From Raillietiella orientalis (Eukaryota), in the NCBI GenBank assembly GCA_036172245.1, contig JAYWIR010000010.1, forward strand, positions 992,001-1,056,000: DNA of 64,000 bases, written 5' to 3'. The notes below the pieces were generated by a model, which was not told the DNA's origin, did not search any database, and saw only the letters and a list, made by a program, of their open reading frames with translations. This document shows, piece after piece, positions 62,850 through 64,000 of this stretch. How positions within the stretch are numbered: position 1 is the first letter of the stretch; every line of letters starts with the position of its first letter. Position numbers and translations under genes: made by a program.

Positions 62850-64000
62850 CAAGAACCGGTCGCTGGAGGGTTTGGGTCGAATCCCGGAGGGTAGGCACGC
62901 CAGCAGCAGCTCTACACCTGGAAAACTTGGAGAAGCCTAGGACACAAAGGGGGAAGTGACGGTCAACCTGTGATTTCCAGAGTCGCTGCGATTTCGTTTT
63001 GAGAACTGTGCCCGCGTGACCTTTCAGGACAGATCGGTCGAATTCCCCATGGAAACTCTTTCATCCCTCATTGTGAGCGACAGACTGAAAGGAACTCAGG
63101 AGCAATCCATCCTCAGAGCAGGGAGAAAGAGGTTCTTCCTTCGTGGCGTAGGCGCCGCACCTGTGAGCTCCATTCAAGATCTTGTTGCGTGGAACGAAGC
63201 GCCACGGGGATCCTCTGCCACGGGCACCTCTTGCTGTTCCCTCGAAAGAGGAATCCGGTGGCTCCGTTCGTTTGGGCCACTGGCCAGGAACCCGCCCGCG
63301 CCTATAGGCCCACCACATTCTCCACTCGGGATCTCCTGCCTGCGAGTGAAGACGCCGGGTTGGCTGTTCCACCAGAGAGGCCGCCGCGAATGTCCGTGGC
63401 CGGCGCTCCCCTCCGGCGGTAGGAAGCAGCCACAGTTCCCTTTAGCTTCTGTCCTGCTCCATTCCATGTCCTTCCTCTTCTGTACCTGTTTCTCCAGTTT
63501 CTGTCCTGTTCCTTTCTGTGGCTCTTCCTCCCCCATTCCTGTTCTGTTCCCTTTCGTGTCCCTTCCTCCCTCGTCCGTGCTCCCCCAGTTTCTGTCCTGT
63601 TCTTTTCCGTAGCCCTTCTTCCCCCATTCCTGTCCTCCGCCTTTCCGTGTCCCTGGCTCCCCGGTCCGTGTTTCCCCTGTTTCTGTTCTGTTCCTTTCCG
63701 TGGTCCTCCCTCCTCCATTCCTGTCCAGCTCCGGACAGGAATTGAGGAAGTTTTGCCTCGTCATGCTCCTTGCAGTGCCGCTGCCCGTAGTCCACGCCGG
63801 TGGGGACCCGCAGTGCGACTGGTCTCCTGTCGTTCCGTAGCGCCGAATCCGACCCGCATCCGAAGCCTCGAGACGACCCCTGGGCGGTCGCTGTTTTGGT
63901 GGCCGCCAGCTCCCGTGTTCCCTGCGTCGCTTCTCCAATGCGCTTCACGAGAGGGTCGTGACCCTTTCTGATTCGGGTAGGCATGGTTGCCCTTTTCTAG
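62850..64000 (-). pseudogene. Decayed LINE ORF1 with internal tandem repeat and start of endonuclease
   Basis: IGEATQGTRE and RIRRYG in ORF1-like position; RRKNLFLPAL and AYPP further downstream. Weak. Confidence 0.3.
63445..63730. repeat. Pyrimidine-rich 91-bp tandem repeat, about 3 copies
   Basis: c(a/t)gtttctgt(c/t)ctgtt recurs at 63495, 63586 and 63677. Confidence 0.85.

Overview
Eukaryotic, GC-rich, repeat-saturated animal DNA, probably arthropod; this is not a prokaryotic window. I found no operons, CRISPR arrays, rRNA or intact tRNA genes, and almost all six-frame ORFs are noise. The only convincing host gene segment is a + strand terminal coding exon at 43111-43811. It matches the C-terminal tail of arthropod Nhe2-type Na+/H+ exchangers (SLC9A) and ends near an RFxV SPAK/OSR1-docking motif; one candidate upstream exon lies at 38277-38384. 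The rest is a transposon graveyard: (A) about 10 copies or fragments of a ~750-bp SINE with a tRNA-Ser/Leu-like head and a duplicated B-box; (B) at least 8 3'-end copies of an L1/Tx1-like LINE with a conserved AATAAA plus small-hairpin terminus; many decayed LINE ORF1/EN/RT fragments; and remnants resembling CACTA/EnSpm, Academ and Kolobok DNA transposons plus a foldback-type element. The most notable structure is that family-B LINE ends sit inside or against the same 3' part of the family-A SINE three times, twice with visible target-site duplications. Three family-B copies also share a frameshifting 17-nt deletion. Protein-family calls come from remembered motifs read by eye; no database search was run, and repeat boundaries are approximate.
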